Source of the DNA: Archaeoglobus fulgidus DSM 4304 | GTDB taxonomy: Archaea > Halobacteriota > Archaeoglobi > Archaeoglobales > Archaeoglobaceae | NCBI RefSeq assembly: GCF_000008665.1 | Contig: NC_000917.1 | Coordinates: 90,001-122,000 of the forward strand | DNA: 32,000 nucleotides | Reading direction: 5' to 3' | Notes under the pieces: generated by a model | Database searches by the model: none | Seen by the model: only the letters and a program-made list of their open reading frames with translations | Told to the model about the DNA's origin: nothing | Program-made: the position numbers and the translations under genes | Shown: positions 30,115 through 32,000 of the stretch, piece by piece | Numbering within the stretch: the first letter of the stretch is position 1 | Layout of the letters: each line of letters starts with the position of its first letter

Positions 30115-30588
30115 TCACTTATAGATAACCTCAAAGGCAGGCTCTACCCCAATCAAGTCTGCAAGCTTCCCCTTGCACTCCTCAGCCCAAACCGCCTTAA
30201 CTTTCATCCCCACTCTGACCTTCTCCGGCTCAGTGTTTATTAAAGGCAGAACCAAAGACGAGGAGGTGCCCTCAAATCTCACCATAGCCAGAATTATCTG
30301 CTCTCCCTCCTTCAGAAATCCTGCCTGAACTGCATCAATGCCCGCAATGACAACTTTCCCCTTCTCAAGGGGTGGGGAGACGAGGAAGGCGAGCACCTCT
30401 CCATACTGGCTGACCTCAACCTTCTCCGCTGTCTCTGTGAAGCACCTCGCACAGATTTCCCTCGGTGGCACATACACCCTGCCGCATGAAGCGCAGAGGG
30501 AGCCTATGATTTTTCTCTCCCTGAAGCTTTTGACGTACTCATCCAGATAGCCCACCGGAGCCTTCCACCTGTAGGCTCCCAGTTCCAC
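30115..30588 (-). CDS. DUF35 / OB-fold zinc-ribbon protein (thiolase-associated)
   Basis: FRERKIIGSLCASCGRVYVPPREICARCF zinc ribbon followed by OB-fold. Immediately downstream of a thiolase gene. Confidence 0.9.
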   Translation of the reverse strand: MELGAYRWKAPVGYLDEYVKSFRERKIIGSLCASCGRVYVPPREICARCFTETAEKVEVSQYGEVLAFLVSPPLEKGKVVIAGIDAVQAGFLKEGEQIILAMVRFEGTSSSLVLPLINTEPEKVRVGMKVKAVWAEECKGKLADLIGVEPAFEVIYK

Positions 30589-30643
30589 TCTCCCTCTACC
30601 TGCATGGTTTTTTCGAATTTTTCCTTAATAAGCCCCATTTCCA

Positions 30644-31879
30644 TCACCTCGGCCTGTCTCCAAGCACCATTACCGTGTTGAACTGCACCTGTCCCCCCCA
30701 CGCGTGAGCAACTGCATTTCTCACGTCCTTTGGAACCTGATGCTCCTCAGCCTTCCCCATTATCTGCAGTGCTGCCTCCACAACCCTCTGCATGCCAGAA
30801 GAGCCAATGGCGTTTGTTGCGTTAACCCCTCCTGAGGGGCAGATGGGGAAGTCGCCGTCAATTTCTGTTACTCCCTCTTCCACAGCTTTCCATGCGGTGC
30901 CATCATCGAAGAAACCAAGTCTCTCGCTGAACATCAGCTCTTGATGGGGGAAGGGGGCGTAAATCTCAGCAACATCTATCTCCTTCCTTGGATCCTTAAT
31001 CCCCGCCCTTTCGTAGGCCTTTCTGGCAGAGAGAATTGCCCCTGTCTGGTCGGAGTAGTCAACAACTGCTGTCCCCTGATAGCTCTCTCCCTGATCAGCC
31101 TCCTCGTCAGCGTAGGCTGCAACACCCTTTACCCACGCCACCTCCTTGATTCCAAGCCTCTTCACCGCATCCTCGCTGGCGTAAATAACGCATGACGCAC
31201 CATCACTTGCAGGGCAGACGTGGCCGAAGCGCATGGGCCATATCAGCATCTCGGTCTTTGCTATGTCTTCAGGAGTGCAGTTGGGCCACTTAAGGTGGGC
31301 GTACTTGTTCTTTGCAGCATTTCTCCTTGCCTTGGCTGCAACCATGTCGAAGTGCTCGATGCTGCATCCTGATCTGGCCATGTAGAAGGCAGCCTGATAG
31401 GCTGATATGCCAGCAGCAGCACCGGCAAGGCCCATAATTGCGAAGCTCCTCATGTCCATGCCAATTTTCATCATGTAGCTTAAATTGGCGAAGGCTACGT
31501 GGAGTAAGCCTGTTGTCGCACCCGGCTCTGCGCTGTCGCTGTGCTTCTCCCAGCTCACAGCCAGAACAACATCGTACATCCCTGAAGCGACCTCGTAGTA
31601 GCCGAGGTGGGCGGTGGAGCCACCAACCGTCCCTCCTGTGGCAACTCTCTGCATCGCTTTACCCCCTGCAGCGATGTAGTCGGCAAACACCAAATCGGGC
31701 TGGCAGATCCCACCAAACCCCTGCATGTTTCCAACAGCGTAAGCCTCAATGTCTTCGGGAGCGATGCTTGCATCTTCTATCGCCGCCCAAACGGCTTCTG
31801 CAACAAGCTCAGCTTGGCTAACATCAGTCCTTCTACCATGCTTCGACTGCCCGCAACCAATAATCGCAACTCTCCTCAT
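30644..31879 (-). CDS. Thiolase family (acetyl-CoA acetyltransferase-like)
   Basis: VAIIGCGQSKHGRR...ASGMYDVVLAVSWEKHS...YAPFPHQELMFSERLGFF...NPSGGV-like GGVNATNAIGSSG...HAWGGQVQFNTVMVLG. Confidence 0.92.
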   Translation of the reverse strand: MRRVAIIGCGQSKHGRRTDVSQAELVAEAVWAAIEDASIAPEDIEAYAVGNMQGFGGICQPDLVFADYIAAGGKAMQRVATGGTVGGSTAHLGYYEVASGMYDVVLAVSWEKHSDSAEPGATTGLLHVAFANLSYMMKIGMDMRSFAIMGLAGAAAGISAYQAAFYMARSGCSIEHFDMVAAKARRNAAKNKYAHLKWPNCTPEDIAKTEMLIWPMRFGHVCPASDGASCVIYASEDAVKRLGIKEVAWVKGVAAYADEEADQGESYQGTAVVDYSDQTGAILSARKAYERAGIKDPRKEIDVAEIYAPFPHQELMFSERLGFFDDGTAWKAVEEGVTEIDGDFPICPSGGVNATNAIGSSGMQRVVEAALQIMGKAEEHQVPKDVRNAVAHAWGGQVQFNTVMVLGDRPR

Positions 31880-32000
31880 GGCCTATCACCCAGCACAAAA
31901 ACAAGATTCTTCTGAGCACACAACCCCCACTGAGCATGAGCCAAAGCAGTTCTGCAATCTTCGACCTGATTCTCTGCCTCACCCCTGACCTGCCTTGCAG
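31876..32000 (-). CDS. Second thiolase-family gene, C-terminal part only (runs off the right edge)
   Basis: Reverse frame ...ARQVRGEAENQVEDCRTALAHAQWGLCAQKNLVFVLGDRP-stop. Resembles the thiolase C-terminus. ATGA overlap with the next thiolase. Confidence 0.7.
   Translation of the reverse strand, partial: ARQVRGEAENQVEDCRTALAHAQWGLCAQKNLVFVLGDRP

Noticed and set aside
31438-31821. 127-aa plus ORF opposite the thiolase
   Set aside because: Arg/Ser/Leu-rich shadow ORF with no recognisable domain.

Overview
This 32-kb archaeal window most resembles the Archaeoglobus fulgidus chromosome. That assignment comes from recalled protein families, not a database search. From left to right it contains: (1) a tungstate/molybdate ABC transporter on the minus strand (wtpC partial, wtpB, wtpA); (2) a low-GC accessory block at about 2.4-6.9 kb with decayed small secreted or membrane genes and a PIN/UPF0175 toxin-antitoxin-like pair; (3) a housekeeping stretch: pyruvate-kinase-C-terminal-like protein, DUF296 protein, pyrB-pyrI, ADH synthase/aldolase family, RNase P subunit 4, sepS, HTH-CBS regulator, Sir2, purP, nitrilase family, hemD, radical SAM; (4) a cluster at 19.3-27.5 kb with two tandem triple-DUF22 genes separated by a decayed IS transposase, two TauE/SafE-like permeases, a DUF1634 protein, a universal stress protein and a ribbon-helix-helix protein; (5) an initiator tRNA-Met, endonuclease V, an HDAC-family protein, a nitroreductase and a thiolase/DUF35 module. 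The best candidate for something undescribed is a C-terminal peptide signature, G-x-x-F-x-x-x-[DE]-W-P-x-W-COOH. It ends four otherwise unrelated products in part 4: both DUF22 proteins, the RHH protein, and a 26-codon micro-ORF. The micro-ORF is absent from the supplied ORF track and overlaps the stop codon of a TauE-like permease by ATGA. This suggests a functional module with a shared docking, targeting or degradation tag. Also notable: a 92-nt perfect identity between the diverged DUF22 paralogs (gene conversion), an 11-bp tandem repeat nested in 10-bp direct repeats upstream of the RHH gene, and a CCGATATG-N10-CATATCGG palindrome just upstream of the wtpA Shine-Dalgarno.
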